DNA of 64,000 bases, from the NCBI GenBank assembly GCA_937975765.1, contig CALJUR010000121.1:92296-156295 (forward strand). Reading direction: 5' to 3'. Shown here piece after piece: positions 8,532 to 17,898 of this stretch (position 1 is the stretch's first letter; each line of letters starts with the position of its first letter). The position numbers and the translations under genes were made by a program. The DNA comes from an uncultured Myxococcales bacterium. Lineage in GTDB: Bacteria; Myxococcota_A; UBA9042; DTJE01. The notes under the pieces are model-generated. The model was given only the letters and a program-made list of their open reading frames with translations, made no database searches and had not been told where the DNA came from.

Positions 8532-9884
8532 TCACCGTTCGAATCCGCGGTAGACCCGGGCCCTCTTCCGGGCCTGGTTGCGCAGCAGGGGCACCTGCTG
8601 GTCCACGAAGTCCACGATGCGGCCGGCCGTCTTGCCCTCGGCGGGGCGCAGCGCGCGACCCAGGGCCTGGGTGGTCCGGGCCACGTTGCCGTTCGGGGTC
8701 GTCAGGAACACCGTGTCGATGGCCGGCAGGTCGAACCCCTCGCCGACCAGGGAGGTCGTGGCCACCAGCACGGTCACCTCGCCGCGCCGGAACCTGGCCA
8801 GCACCTCGTCGCGGGCCTCCTTCGGCAGGTCCCCGGTCATCGCGGCGACCGGCAGGCCCTCGGCTGACAGCGCCGCCGCCAGGAACCGGCAATGGTCCAC
8901 GCGGTCCGACAGCACCAGCGACCGCTCGCCGCGATGGTCCTTCACGGCGCCCACGATCAGGGCGTTGCGGCCCGGGTCCTTGACCAGCCGGTTGACCAGG
9001 CGGCCGTAGTTGTTGCGGAAGGCCCCCTTGAACGCCGTCGAGACCTCCACCACCTCCGAGGGGGCGATCGAGCCGGCCGCCACCAGGGTCTTCGGCTTGA
9101 CCGCGTGGCAGATCGGCCCGACCACGTCGAACAGCACCGGGTGCAACCGGTCCTTGCGGGTGGGCGTGGCCGACAACCCGATCCGCCAGCGGGCCGCGAA
9201 GCGCTGCACCACGGACTTGAACGTCTCGGCCGGGCAGTGGTGGCACTCGTCCAGCACCACCAGTCCGAACGCGTCCCGCAGCGCCTGCAGGTCCCTGCGC
9301 TGCAACGTCTGGACCATCGCCACCGTCACGTCGCGCCACTCGTCCTGCCCGCCGCCCACCTTCCCCGGGTCGATGCCCAGGAACGTGCGGACCCGTTCGG
9401 CCGTCTGGTCCAGCAGCACCGAGGTGTGCACCACGATCAGGGTGCGGACCCGCAACCGGGCCGCCAGCGCGCAGGCGATGACCGTCTTCCCGCTGCCGGT
9501 CGGGGCCTGGATCACCCCGTCCCGGGCCGCGACGGCTGCGGCGAACGCGGCCTCCTGGTAGTCGCGCAAGTCGCCGATGAACCCCGGCAGGTCCGCCGGC
9601 GGCGCCACGGTCCGGTCCTCGGGCGGCGGGGCGTCCGGCCCCAGCAGGCGGGCCACCAGGTCCCTCGCCCCGCGCGGCAGCAGCACCTCGCCCGGACCGG
9701 CGGCCTCGAACAGGTCCACGGTCCTGGCCAGGTGCCGGCAGGGGCGGCGGAACCGGCGGGCGTCCCAGTAGACCGGGTTTTCGTAGGTGAAGCGCTGGCG
9801 GAGTCCCTCGACCAGCGCAGCCTGCGCCGGGTCGCCGGGGTCGATCCCCTCAAGTCTCAGGCGCTCCTGGACGATGAGTCTCAC
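8532..9884 (-). CDS. superfamily-2 DEAD/DEAH (DECH) box helicase with a ~130-aa N-terminal domain of unknown function
   Basis: It has the Q motif DYQ, Walker A IQAPTGSGKT, motif II VVLDECHH, motif III SATP, motif V LVATTSLVGEGFDLP and motif VI QALGRALR. The start is taken as a GTG at 9884. Confidence 0.75.
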   Translation of the reverse strand: MRLIVQERLRLEGIDPGDPAQAALVEGLRQRFTYENPVYWDARRFRRPCRHLARTVDLFEAAGPGEVLLPRGARDLVARLLGPDAPPPEDRTVAPPADLPGFIGDLRDYQEAAFAAAVAARDGVIQAPTGSGKTVIACALAARLRVRTLIVVHTSVLLDQTAERVRTFLGIDPGKVGGGQDEWRDVTVAMVQTLQRRDLQALRDAFGLVVLDECHHCPAETFKSVVQRFAARWRIGLSATPTRKDRLHPVLFDVVGPICHAVKPKTLVAAGSIAPSEVVEVSTAFKGAFRNNYGRLVNRLVKDPGRNALIVGAVKDHRGERSLVLSDRVDHCRFLAAALSAEGLPVAAMTGDLPKEARDEVLARFRRGEVTVLVATTSLVGEGFDLPAIDTVFLTTPNGNVARTTQALGRALRPAEGKTAGRIVDFVDQQVPLLRNQARKRARVYRGFER

Positions 9885-10017
9885 GGCTGGGGTATGCCAC
9901 CGGCCGGGCCGGGCGTCAACCGCGCCCGCCCCTGCCCGGCGACGGCATCCGGGCGGGCGCGACCTTGTGCCGGATCCCTGCGTTCGATGATAGAATCGGC
10001 CGCGGGAGGCAGCGGAA

Positions 10018-10968
10018 GTGGAAAGGCGAGGCAACCAGCGATTCCCCCTTGCGATGAAGGCGTTCCCTCTCGGCGGCAGCCCCGAGTCCATGCTCGAGAC
10101 CGACAACGTGTCCTCCAGCGGCGCGTATTTCGTGGGCGATCCCGGCGTCCAGGCCGGCGCCCACGTGTGGCTGCGGCTGGAACTGGGCACGGCCCAGCGT
10201 GGCCGCGAGAGCATCTACCCGCTGTGCATGCAGGTCCACGTCGCCCGGCTGTCGCAGTCGGGGGACGGCTCGGTGGCCGGGTTCGGCGCCGAGTGGCGTG
10301 CGGCCTGGTGCCCGGATGACGCCACCCCGCTGAAGGAGTTCCTGCGCCGCACGCTGTCCCTGTCGTCCGGCTACATCCAGACCGTGCCCCCGGCGACCGC
10401 GGACGGCCGCACCTCCTTCCTGTACGTGTTCCCCGCCGGCGCCACGGCGATGCCCGTTGCGACGCCCGCCCCGGCACCCGCCGAGGTCCTGACCCCGTAC
10501 GAGGAGCAGATGGCGCTGGACGCCGCGCCGGCCCCCGCGAAGGCCCCGGCCGACCCTTCCGCCATGGTGGCGAACGGCGTGGACCTGGATGGCAAGACGC
10601 CCCTGCCCGGCGAGACCCGGTCGGGCCTCGCGGTCTACGTCGCGGTGCCGCTGACCTGGGCGCTGGACTCCGAGGAGTTCGAGGGCCGCGCCATCAAGAT
10701 GACGACGTCCGGCGTCCGCGTGGCCACGCTGGCCGACCTGCCGGGGTCGTACCGCCGCATCACGATCCGCATCCCGATCCGCCAGCGCGACCGTTCCGGA
10801 ACGCTGGCCCTGTCCGGCACCGTCGTCAACCAGCGGCCCCCGCGCGAGGAGGGGCAGGAGGCGCAGTTCGAGGTCCAGTTGACGCTGGGCAACGACCCCG
10901 AAAGCCTGCACCTGTACCGCAAGCTCCTGGACCGTCTGTCCGCGATGGCGGCCCCCGTGGGTGCCTGA
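10018..10968 (+). CDS. tandem PilZ-like domain protein
   Basis: There are two PilZ-like halves (RFPLAMKAFPLGG...DNVSSSGAYF and KMTTSGVRVATLAD...RITIRIPI). GGGAGG lies upstream of the GTG start. Confidence 0.45.
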   Translation: MERRGNQRFPLAMKAFPLGGSPESMLETDNVSSSGAYFVGDPGVQAGAHVWLRLELGTAQRGRESIYPLCMQVHVARLSQSGDGSVAGFGAEWRAAWCPDDATPLKEFLRRTLSLSSGYIQTVPPATADGRTSFLYVFPAGATAMPVATPAPAPAEVLTPYEEQMALDAAPAPAKAPADPSAMVANGVDLDGKTPLPGETRSGLAVYVAVPLTWALDSEEFEGRAIKMTTSGVRVATLADLPGSYRRITIRIPIRQRDRSGTLALSGTVVNQRPPREEGQEAQFEVQLTLGNDPESLHLYRKLLDRLSAMAAPVGA

Positions 10969-11077
10969 CCCCCTTTCTCGCGATCCCCCGCAACCCGCCG
11001 GGTTCCAGGTGCCGAACGGCGTTGACTGCCCGCGTTCCTGTGGTATGTTTCCTGCGCGTTTCGGGAGGTTGGTACGG

Positions 11078-12064
11078 ATGCATCGGACGCGAATCACGCT
11101 GCTGGCGGCGCTGGTCGCCTGGGGTTGCGGCGGCGACCCCGTCACGGCCGGCCGGCGGGTGCTGGACACCGATCCCGTCAAGGCGGCCGCCCTGTTCCGC
11201 GAGGCCGCCGCGAAGAAATCCCCGTGCTTCGAATGCGATGCGTACCTGGGGATGGCGCTGGAGCGGACCCGGGACGTCGCAGGTGCCGTCGAGGCCTACG
11301 AGCGCGCCCTGGCGCTGCCCGAGGCGAAGAGCCGTCCCGAACCGGTCGCCGGCCGCCTGCTGGGCCTGTACGAGACCCTCTTCCGCGACACGTCCGATGA
11401 CGCCGCCCGTGCCGGGCTGGCCCGCAAGGCCGCGCCGCTGGAGGCGTCACTGACCGTCGCCCGCCCGTGGGCGAACTCGTTCCTGCTGGACCAGGCGAAG
11501 AGGCAGATCGTCGCGCTGGGCGACGCCGGGAAGCCCCCCGAGGCGAAGGCCGCGGTCGAGGCCGCCATGGCGCTGTACCTGCCCGCCGACCTGAAGAAGC
11601 GGTTCGCCGACGAGGCCACCGCGGCGCTGCAGAAGGCGTTCGTGGTCCGGAACACCGGGAAGTTCGCGAAGGAACTGGCCGAGCCCCTCGCGGGGGACGG
11701 CCTGTACGACGCCAAGTCCTCCGAGGTGGTCGTCGCCCACCGGTTCACGATCCCCTCGAAGAAGGCCGACCCGCGGTTCGACCCCTCCTCGTCCGACTTC
11801 GCGACGAACGTGCGGAAGGAGGCGTGCCTGCCCCTGCGGAAGTCGCTGGAGGACCTGGTCGCGAAGTGCGCACCGGCCCTGGGACTCCGCAAGGCGACGC
11901 CGGCCGACCTGGACTGGGTGTTCGCGGAACTGTTCAAGCAGTCGCGTGCCGGCTTCGCGAACCACGGTCCCGCCGAGCGGTCCCCGGCCGGCGAGCCCTA
12001 CCTGTGCGAGATCCGCGTCCCCCTGCCCGGCTTCCTGGGGGAACTGTACCGGTTCGCGGAGTAG
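11078..12064 (+). CDS. lipoprotein with TPR-like helical repeats
   Basis: The signal and lipobox read MHRTRITLLAALVAWGCGG. The rest is Ala-rich helical repeats. GGGAGG lies 9 nt upstream of the ATG. Confidence 0.5.
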   Translation: MHRTRITLLAALVAWGCGGDPVTAGRRVLDTDPVKAAALFREAAAKKSPCFECDAYLGMALERTRDVAGAVEAYERALALPEAKSRPEPVAGRLLGLYETLFRDTSDDAARAGLARKAAPLEASLTVARPWANSFLLDQAKRQIVALGDAGKPPEAKAAVEAAMALYLPADLKKRFADEATAALQKAFVVRNTGKFAKELAEPLAGDGLYDAKSSEVVVAHRFTIPSKKADPRFDPSSSDFATNVRKEACLPLRKSLEDLVAKCAPALGLRKATPADLDWVFAELFKQSRAGFANHGPAERSPAGEPYLCEIRVPLPGFLGELYRFAE

Positions 12065-12067
12065 CGA

Positions 12068-13870
12068 ATGCGCGTCGCCCCCACCCGCCGGGACGCGGTC
12101 GTCGGGGCGGCCCTGGCCGTCCTCCACCTCGCGTTCCTCGCATCCACGCTGGACGTCGGCTTCTCCCGCGACGAGTCCTTCTACTTCAACGCGGCGGAAC
12201 AGTACGCGGGCTGGTACGACCTGCTGCTGAAGGAGCCGGGGAAGGCCCTGTCGAAGGAGGCGGTCGACCAGTTCTTCGCTTACAACGGCGAGCACCCGGC
12301 GCTGCCCAAGATGCTGTACGGCGCGTCCTGGCGCCTGTTCGGCCGGATGCACGACCCCGTCGCCGAGCCCTTCAGCCGCGCCTGGTATTTCCAGGGGAAC
12401 CCGCCGGACACCCTCCTCGGGTGGTTCTCGGAATCCACCGCGATGCGGCTGCCTGCCCTGCTGCTGGCCTCGTTCCTGGTCTTCGCGGTCTACCTGTTCG
12501 GCGTCGAGTTCCTGGGGAGGCGCGCGGCCCTGTTCGCGGCCCTGGGCTGGATGTTCCAGCCCCACGCCTTCTGGCACTCGCACTTCGCCTGCTTCGACGT
12601 GCCCGTCACGGCGATGTGGTTCCTGTCCGCCTGGGCGTTCCTGAAGTCCGTGCCCCCCCCCGGGGCGCCGCGGACGCGCTCCCACGTCCGCTGGGCGCTG
12701 GCGACCGGCGTGATGCTGGGGCTGGCCCTGAACACCAAGCACAACGCCTTCTTCTTCCCGCCGCTGGCCTTCCTGTGGTGGGCCTGGACGCGCCGCCGCG
12801 AGTGGTCCCTGCGCCTGGAGGGCGCCGGGCTGCGCCTGCGGATCCCCCCGGTCCCGCTGGCCTTCTTCGCGATGCTGCTGGTCACCCCCGCGGTCTACTA
12901 CCTGCTGTGGCCGAAGCTGTGGCACGACCCGGTCGGGCACCTGAAGTGGTACCTCTCGTTCCACGCCAAGCACGAGTACTACTGGGTCTACTACTTCGGC
13001 ACCCTGTACACGAAGCCGCCCTTCCCGTTGCCGTTCCCGTTCGTGATGTCGGCGATGACGATCCCGGGAACCACGGTGCTGCTGTTCGCCGCCGGCTCGC
13101 TGCGCCTGCTGCGCGAATGGGTGGTGCGCGCGGCCTCGCGATTCGCCGCCTCGGCCTCCGGCCTGGCCTCCCGGCTGCCGGTCCGCGAGCCCGGGATGGT
13201 GCTGTTCGTCTTCCTGAACTTCCTGATCCCGTTCGCGGTCATCGCGCACCCGAAGGTCCCCCACTTCGGCGGCACCAAGCACTGGCTGCACGGCGTGCCG
13301 TTCGCGTGCCTGATGGCGGGCGTCGGGTTCGAGGTCCTGCTGGACGGCCTGAAGGCGCTGGCCGACCGGCTGGGAAGGGCCTTCTCGACGAAGGGGGTCC
13401 GCGTCGCGGGCGGGGCGCTGGCCCTGCTGCTGTTCGTCGCGCCGGCCGCGTACGACACGCTGACGCATACTGCCGACGGGTCCTCCTACTACAACGCGTT
13501 CGCCGGCGGCCGGGCCGCGATGGGCGAACTGGGCATGCAGCGCGAGTTCTGGGGCAACTCGTCGTATTCGGCGCTGGGCTGGGTCAACGAGGAACTGCCC
13601 CCGAACAGCCGGGTGCACTTCCACGACACGACCTGGGACGCCGTGCGGATGTACTGGCGCGACGGCCTGCTGCGCCGGGACGTGATCCCGGTGTGGGACC
13701 TGGGCAGCGCGGACGAGTTGCTGTTCCACTGGCACAAGGAGTTCACGGATATCGAGGCCGAGGCCCGCGACGACTGGCGGGTCGACCTGCCGGCCTTCGT
13801 GTCGGCGCCGGACGGGGTGCCGCTGCTGGACGCCTGGCGGCGGGAGACGCCCCGGGGGAAGACGCCATGA
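12068..13870 (+). CDS. GT-C family glycosyltransferase (PMT/ArnT-like, GT39/GT83)
   Basis: There are about 12 predicted transmembrane helices. The first extracytoplasmic loop carries the DE motif (FSRDESFYFNAAEQY). The architecture is typical of lipid-linked-sugar transferases. Confidence 0.7.
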   Translation: MRVAPTRRDAVVGAALAVLHLAFLASTLDVGFSRDESFYFNAAEQYAGWYDLLLKEPGKALSKEAVDQFFAYNGEHPALPKMLYGASWRLFGRMHDPVAEPFSRAWYFQGNPPDTLLGWFSESTAMRLPALLLASFLVFAVYLFGVEFLGRRAALFAALGWMFQPHAFWHSHFACFDVPVTAMWFLSAWAFLKSVPPPGAPRTRSHVRWALATGVMLGLALNTKHNAFFFPPLAFLWWAWTRRREWSLRLEGAGLRLRIPPVPLAFFAMLLVTPAVYYLLWPKLWHDPVGHLKWYLSFHAKHEYYWVYYFGTLYTKPPFPLPFPFVMSAMTIPGTTVLLFAAGSLRLLREWVVRAASRFAASASGLASRLPVREPGMVLFVFLNFLIPFAVIAHPKVPHFGGTKHWLHGVPFACLMAGVGFEVLLDGLKALADRLGRAFSTKGVRVAGGALALLLFVAPAAYDTLTHTADGSSYYNAFAGGRAAMGELGMQREFWGNSSYSALGWVNEELPPNSRVHFHDTTWDAVRMYWRDGLLRRDVIPVWDLGSADELLFHWHKEFTDIEAEARDDWRVDLPAFVSAPDGVPLLDAWRRETPRGKTP

Positions 13871-14748
13871 ACGGGACGCGGATCCGCATCGCGGCCGCCC
13901 TGCTGCTGGTGGCCGGCGCGATCGCCTACGTCGCGATGACCGTGGCCCAGAAGGCCGGGGTGCCGGGGGACGAGGACTGGGCCCAGGCCGCAGCCGCGGT
14001 GCGCGCCGGATGGCAGGAAGGGGACCTGGTGGTCTTCTCGCCGGCCTGGGCGCACGCGGGTGCGCCGGTCCTGCGGGGCCTGGCCGCGGACGTGGCCGAG
14101 CAGTGGGACTGGTACCAGGCATCGAAGCACCGCCGGGTCTGGGTGGTCGCGTCCCGGCCGCACCGGGAGCCGGAGCCGCCCGAGGGGTGGCAGGCGGTCT
14201 CGCGCACCGAGGCAGGCCGGATGACGGTGCACCTGTGGACGCCCCCGGCGGACCGCACCCTGGCATGGGAAGGCATGGAGACACTGCACGACGCGTCGGT
14301 GTTCCGCGGGGACGGCACCAGTCGCCAGCCCTGCACGACCTGGCAGGACGGACGATGGTCCTGCGGTGCCGCGCACCCGTGGCAGAACGTCGCCCCGGTG
14401 TCCAGGGACATCGCGGGCCGCCAGCGGCGGGTGATCTGGGCGCACGCCCGGGACAACGGCGACCCTCTGGAGATCCGCTGGACCGGGGTGCCGGAAGGCC
14501 GGACGCTGACGGTCCACGTCGGCCTCACGCAGCGCGCCATCGAGCAGGACACCGGGGCGCCCGTGGTGTTCGAGGTCCGGCTGGGGGACCGGGTGGCCGT
14601 CCGGCGCACGATCGACATCCACGAGTCGGGCTGGTTCCGGCACGACATCGACATCGCCGGGAAGGGTCCGCAGGACGTGACGATCCGCGTCGTCGCCCGG
14701 AGGAACCAGGACCGCCAGTTGTGCTTCACGGCGGATGTCTGGCGCTAG
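13867..14748 (+). CDS. membrane-anchored hypothetical protein translationally coupled to the GT-C gene
   Basis: Its ATG overlaps the GT-C stop (ATGA). It has one N-terminal transmembrane helix (IRIAAALLLVAGAIAYVAMTV). No family is assigned. Confidence 0.5.
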   Translation: MNGTRIRIAAALLLVAGAIAYVAMTVAQKAGVPGDEDWAQAAAAVRAGWQEGDLVVFSPAWAHAGAPVLRGLAADVAEQWDWYQASKHRRVWVVASRPHREPEPPEGWQAVSRTEAGRMTVHLWTPPADRTLAWEGMETLHDASVFRGDGTSRQPCTTWQDGRWSCGAAHPWQNVAPVSRDIAGRQRRVIWAHARDNGDPLEIRWTGVPEGRTLTVHVGLTQRAIEQDTGAPVVFEVRLGDRVAVRRTIDIHESGWFRHDIDIAGKGPQDVTIRVVARRNQDRQLCFTADVWR

Positions 14749-14833
14749 GCGGGAGGATCCTCCCCCCTCGCCGTCATCCCTCCCGTCGCCTTTCGCGAGT
14801 TCGGTTACAATCACCGGGTCGGAGGTTCCAGCG

Positions 14834-15697
14834 ATGCATCGCCCGGCCGTCCCCCCCCTGCTGCCGGCCCTCGGGCTGGCGTTCGCCCTGCTGTCTCCCG
14901 CCGTCGCCCCGGCGAAGTCGTTCCAGCCCGAACTGGGCGCGTTCCTGGTCACCTGCCCGTCCGGCACGAGGAACTGCGCCCCCGAGGATCTCGACGGCTT
15001 CAGGGACTTCGCGGGCCAACTGGCGTCTTCCCTGATGTCGCGGTTTCCCGGCCCCATCGCCACGCTGGGTTCCCAGCGCTGGGAGGTTTCGTACTCGGTG
15101 GGCCTGACCGAAATTGACCGCGGCCGGGACTGCTTCGACGCGGACCCTGCGACCGGACGACCCGCCGTCTTTTCCGACCCCGGCAAGGTGCTGACCGTCG
15201 GCCAGGTGCAGGTCCGGAAGGGCCTGCCGCATAGCCTGCAACTGGGTGCCGCGCTGACCCAGGTGTTCGACAGCAGCCTGTGGGACCTGGGACTGCAACT
15301 CGCGTTCACGCCGCTGGAGGGCCTGAAGAACGCCCCGGACCTGGGGATCCAGTTGCAGGGCGGGACCGTGCTGGGCGCCGGCGACCTGATCCTGGTGCAC
15401 GCGGGTGCCGCCCTGATCCTGTCCAAGGCGTTCAACGTCGCCGGGCTGTTCACGCTGGCGCCGTCCGGCGGCTACCAGTTCCTGTACGCCTCGGCCAGCA
15501 CGCACCTGACCGGCGGCTACCGGCAGGACCAGACCTCCCCCACCCCGTTCGCCTTCGACCCCCAGAACCTCTTCCTGCACCGGCTGGTGGTGGGGCTGGA
15601 GGCGGTCGCGTCCTGGGTGGTGATCGGCGCCGAGATGACGCTGCAGGTCCCCGCCGCCCGGCGCACCTACGCCGTGAGGGTCGGGGCGCAGTTCTGA
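14834..15697 (+). CDS. secreted protein, putative outer-membrane beta-barrel
   Basis: It has a signal peptide (MHRPAVPPLLPALGLAFALLSPAVAPA). It has Gly-rich amphipathic strands and a C-terminal beta-signal-like tail (YAVRVGAQF). Confidence 0.45.
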   Translation: MHRPAVPPLLPALGLAFALLSPAVAPAKSFQPELGAFLVTCPSGTRNCAPEDLDGFRDFAGQLASSLMSRFPGPIATLGSQRWEVSYSVGLTEIDRGRDCFDADPATGRPAVFSDPGKVLTVGQVQVRKGLPHSLQLGAALTQVFDSSLWDLGLQLAFTPLEGLKNAPDLGIQLQGGTVLGAGDLILVHAGAALILSKAFNVAGLFTLAPSGGYQFLYASASTHLTGGYRQDQTSPTPFAFDPQNLFLHRLVVGLEAVASWVVIGAEMTLQVPAARRTYAVRVGAQF

Positions 15698-15718
15698 GGG
15701 GGTTCGGCGAGGCGTCAG

Positions 15719-17194
15719 CTACAGGCGGAACTGCATTTCGGACGAGCCCAGCCGGATCGAGTCGCCGTCCTTCAGGAACGCCTTCAACACCTTCTGGCCG
15801 TTCAGGAAGACACCGTTGACCGACTGCAGATCCTCGATCTGGAAGGACTTGTCCTGGATCGTGATCGAGCAGTGCCTCTTGCCGACCGACCCGTCAGGGA
15901 TCGCGACGTGGTTCTCGGGCGAGCGGCCCAGGAAGGTGACGTCGTCCACCAGGTGGAAGGTCTGGTTCGCACACGGCCCCTCGCGCACGATCAGGCGCCC
16001 GCGGGACGGGCCGTCGTACTCCTTCGGCCGCCGGGCCTCCTCCTCCTCGCGCCGGCGCCGCCTCTCGGCCGCCGACAGCACGATGAAGCGGATCAGCAGC
16101 ACCACGAACACCACGCACAGCAGGATGACCAGCACCAGCAGCGCGATCGACCACCATGAACGCTGCGGATCCAGCACGCCCACCGCGACGGGATCGGACT
16201 TGTCGGCCTGGCGGCCGGACCCGACGGTCAGCACCAGTTCGGCGGACTTGCTGCGGATCGCGTCGTCCAGCGTGAAGGCCACCTGGTAGACGCCTTCGCC
16301 GGCCAGCCACGGCGCCAGTTTCTGCAGTTCGGCCGGCACGTTCTGGCGCACGGGGACCGTCGAGGCCCAGTTGGCGGACTGGCCCAGCTTGGCCAGGTTG
16401 CCGGAGTTGCCGCCGTCGCTGAGCCCGATGACGTAGGTCTCCAGCCAGCGCCCCTCGCCCTCGGGCACCAGGTTCCTGGCCCACTCCGGGGAGACCGGGG
16501 CGCTGCTGTTCCCGTCCGCCACCACGACCACGACCAGGCGCTGGGCGATGCCCGATCCGCACTTCTGGTTCACCCACGGCTTGACGGTGGACCGCAGCAC
16601 CGATTCCAGCCCGGGCCCCCCGCCGGCCGCCGACCCCGACGGGGCGCACATCCTCGCGACTTCCTCGGCCTCCTTCGGGAACTGGACCTTGCCCTGCGGC
16701 TTGACGCCCGACGACAGCAGCGTCGCGTTGCCTTCCGTCTCGGTGTAGCAGCCGACGGCCAGGCAGTCCTTGTCGTTCACCTGGGTGTACAGCGTCTGGA
16801 AGCCGTCCAGCACGTACCGCAGCGGCGTCCGGGCGCGATCCCCCTCCGAGCCCACCTCGTCCGCGCCGATGATGGCCGACGTCGCCGGCACCAGGAACAG
16901 GATCGACGTGGTGATCTCGCCGCCGGCCCGGTAGCTGTCCGCCTTGGGCTGGACCTTCAGCGACTTGTCGCCGAAGTGCAGGCCCCACTCCCCGTTCGGT
17001 GCCAGTCCCGCGACGGGGCCGTTCTCGTCGTGGGCGTCCACCACGAACGTCAGCCGGCTGTCCTTGGGGTACGCCTTCTTGTCGAAGGTCCTCACCACAA
17101 GCTTGCCCGCGGCGGGCGGCGCGGCCAGCAGCAGCATGGACACGGCGACGCAGCCGGCAGCCAGGCGGCCGGCGACCTTCGGGAAACGGTTCAT
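15719..17194 (-). CDS. bitopic FHA-domain protein (signal peptide, ~400-aa ectodomain, transmembrane helix, cytoplasmic FHA domain)
   Basis: The C-terminal FHA reads LGRSPENHVAIPDGSVGKRHCSITIQDKSFQIEDLQSVNGVFLNGQKV. A transmembrane helix (WWSIALLVLVILLCVVFVVLLI) is followed by RRRREEEE. The ectodomain is vWA-like (RLVVVVVADGNS). Confidence 0.7.
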   Translation of the reverse strand: MNRFPKVAGRLAAGCVAVSMLLLAAPPAAGKLVVRTFDKKAYPKDSRLTFVVDAHDENGPVAGLAPNGEWGLHFGDKSLKVQPKADSYRAGGEITTSILFLVPATSAIIGADEVGSEGDRARTPLRYVLDGFQTLYTQVNDKDCLAVGCYTETEGNATLLSSGVKPQGKVQFPKEAEEVARMCAPSGSAAGGGPGLESVLRSTVKPWVNQKCGSGIAQRLVVVVVADGNSSAPVSPEWARNLVPEGEGRWLETYVIGLSDGGNSGNLAKLGQSANWASTVPVRQNVPAELQKLAPWLAGEGVYQVAFTLDDAIRSKSAELVLTVGSGRQADKSDPVAVGVLDPQRSWWSIALLVLVILLCVVFVVLLIRFIVLSAAERRRRREEEEARRPKEYDGPSRGRLIVREGPCANQTFHLVDDVTFLGRSPENHVAIPDGSVGKRHCSITIQDKSFQIEDLQSVNGVFLNGQKVLKAFLKDGDSIRLGSSEMQFRL

Positions 17195-17220
17195 GGGTCC
17201 TCCCCGGTTGCCTCGGGTTG

Positions 17221-17865
17221 TCAGTCCAGGGCCTTGAAGCGCAGTTCCGTGTGGCCGATCTGCAGGGTGTCGTTGTCGACCACCTGGCACTGCTCGATGC
17301 GCTTGCCGTTGACGCGCGTGCCGTTGGTGCTGCCCGCGTCGCTGATGCGGTAGATCCCCTCGCTGTCGCACACGATCGTCGCGTGGTGCGAAGACACGTA
17401 CGGGTCGGTCAGCACGACCTCCTGGTCGGCGTCGGTGCCCACGCGGTTCCGCCCGGGGACCAGCCGGAAGTCGCGCCCCTTCTGGACGCCGTTCATCACG
17501 ACGACCCACCCCACGCACGGCTTGAAGTTCGCGTCCTCGAACTGGCCGATATTGATGGCCTGGGTCTTGGCCTCGGCGACCTCCTCGTCCGCCATCGGCG
17601 CCGCCTGGACGGCCGTGGCCGCCCGGGTCTCCTTCTTGCCGAACCAGGGGAAACCCATCTTCTTGCCCTCCGGCTTCGCCGGGGCCTTCTTGCCCTTGGC
17701 GGCCCCCTTCGCCTTGTTCACGCCGCCGTCGATCGTCGCGTTGAACTTCGATGCGACGCGGCTCTTGGCCCGGGCCTGGACGTTGTAGACCTTCCCCTTG
17801 GCGGAGATCTCCACCCCCTCGACCCGGGAACGGAACAGGCCCCTGAAGAAATCGGTGACGAACAT
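17221..17865 (-). CDS. FHA-domain protein
   Basis: The C-terminal FHA reads VGTDADQEVVLTDPYVSSHHATIVCDSEGIYRISDAGSTNGTRVNGKRI. The N-terminus is Lys-rich and basic. Confidence 0.75.
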   Translation of the reverse strand: MFVTDFFRGLFRSRVEGVEISAKGKVYNVQARAKSRVASKFNATIDGGVNKAKGAAKGKKAPAKPEGKKMGFPWFGKKETRAATAVQAAPMADEEVAEAKTQAINIGQFEDANFKPCVGWVVVMNGVQKGRDFRLVPGRNRVGTDADQEVVLTDPYVSSHHATIVCDSEGIYRISDAGSTNGTRVNGKRIEQCQVVDNDTLQIGHTELRFKALD

Positions 17866-17898
17866 GGTGAAACGATTATCACCGGGTACCGGAAGGTG

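Noticed and set aside
4567-14748. Plus-strand ORFs of 1328 aa (4567-8553) and 1093 aa (11467-14748), and the minus-strand 945-aa ORF (11447-14284)
   Set aside because: These are low-complexity Arg/Gly/Pro translations overlapping or antisense to well-supported genes (zinc-ribbon protein, deiminase, GT-C glycosyltransferase). The real plus-strand genes in 11078-14748 are in the frames listed as features.
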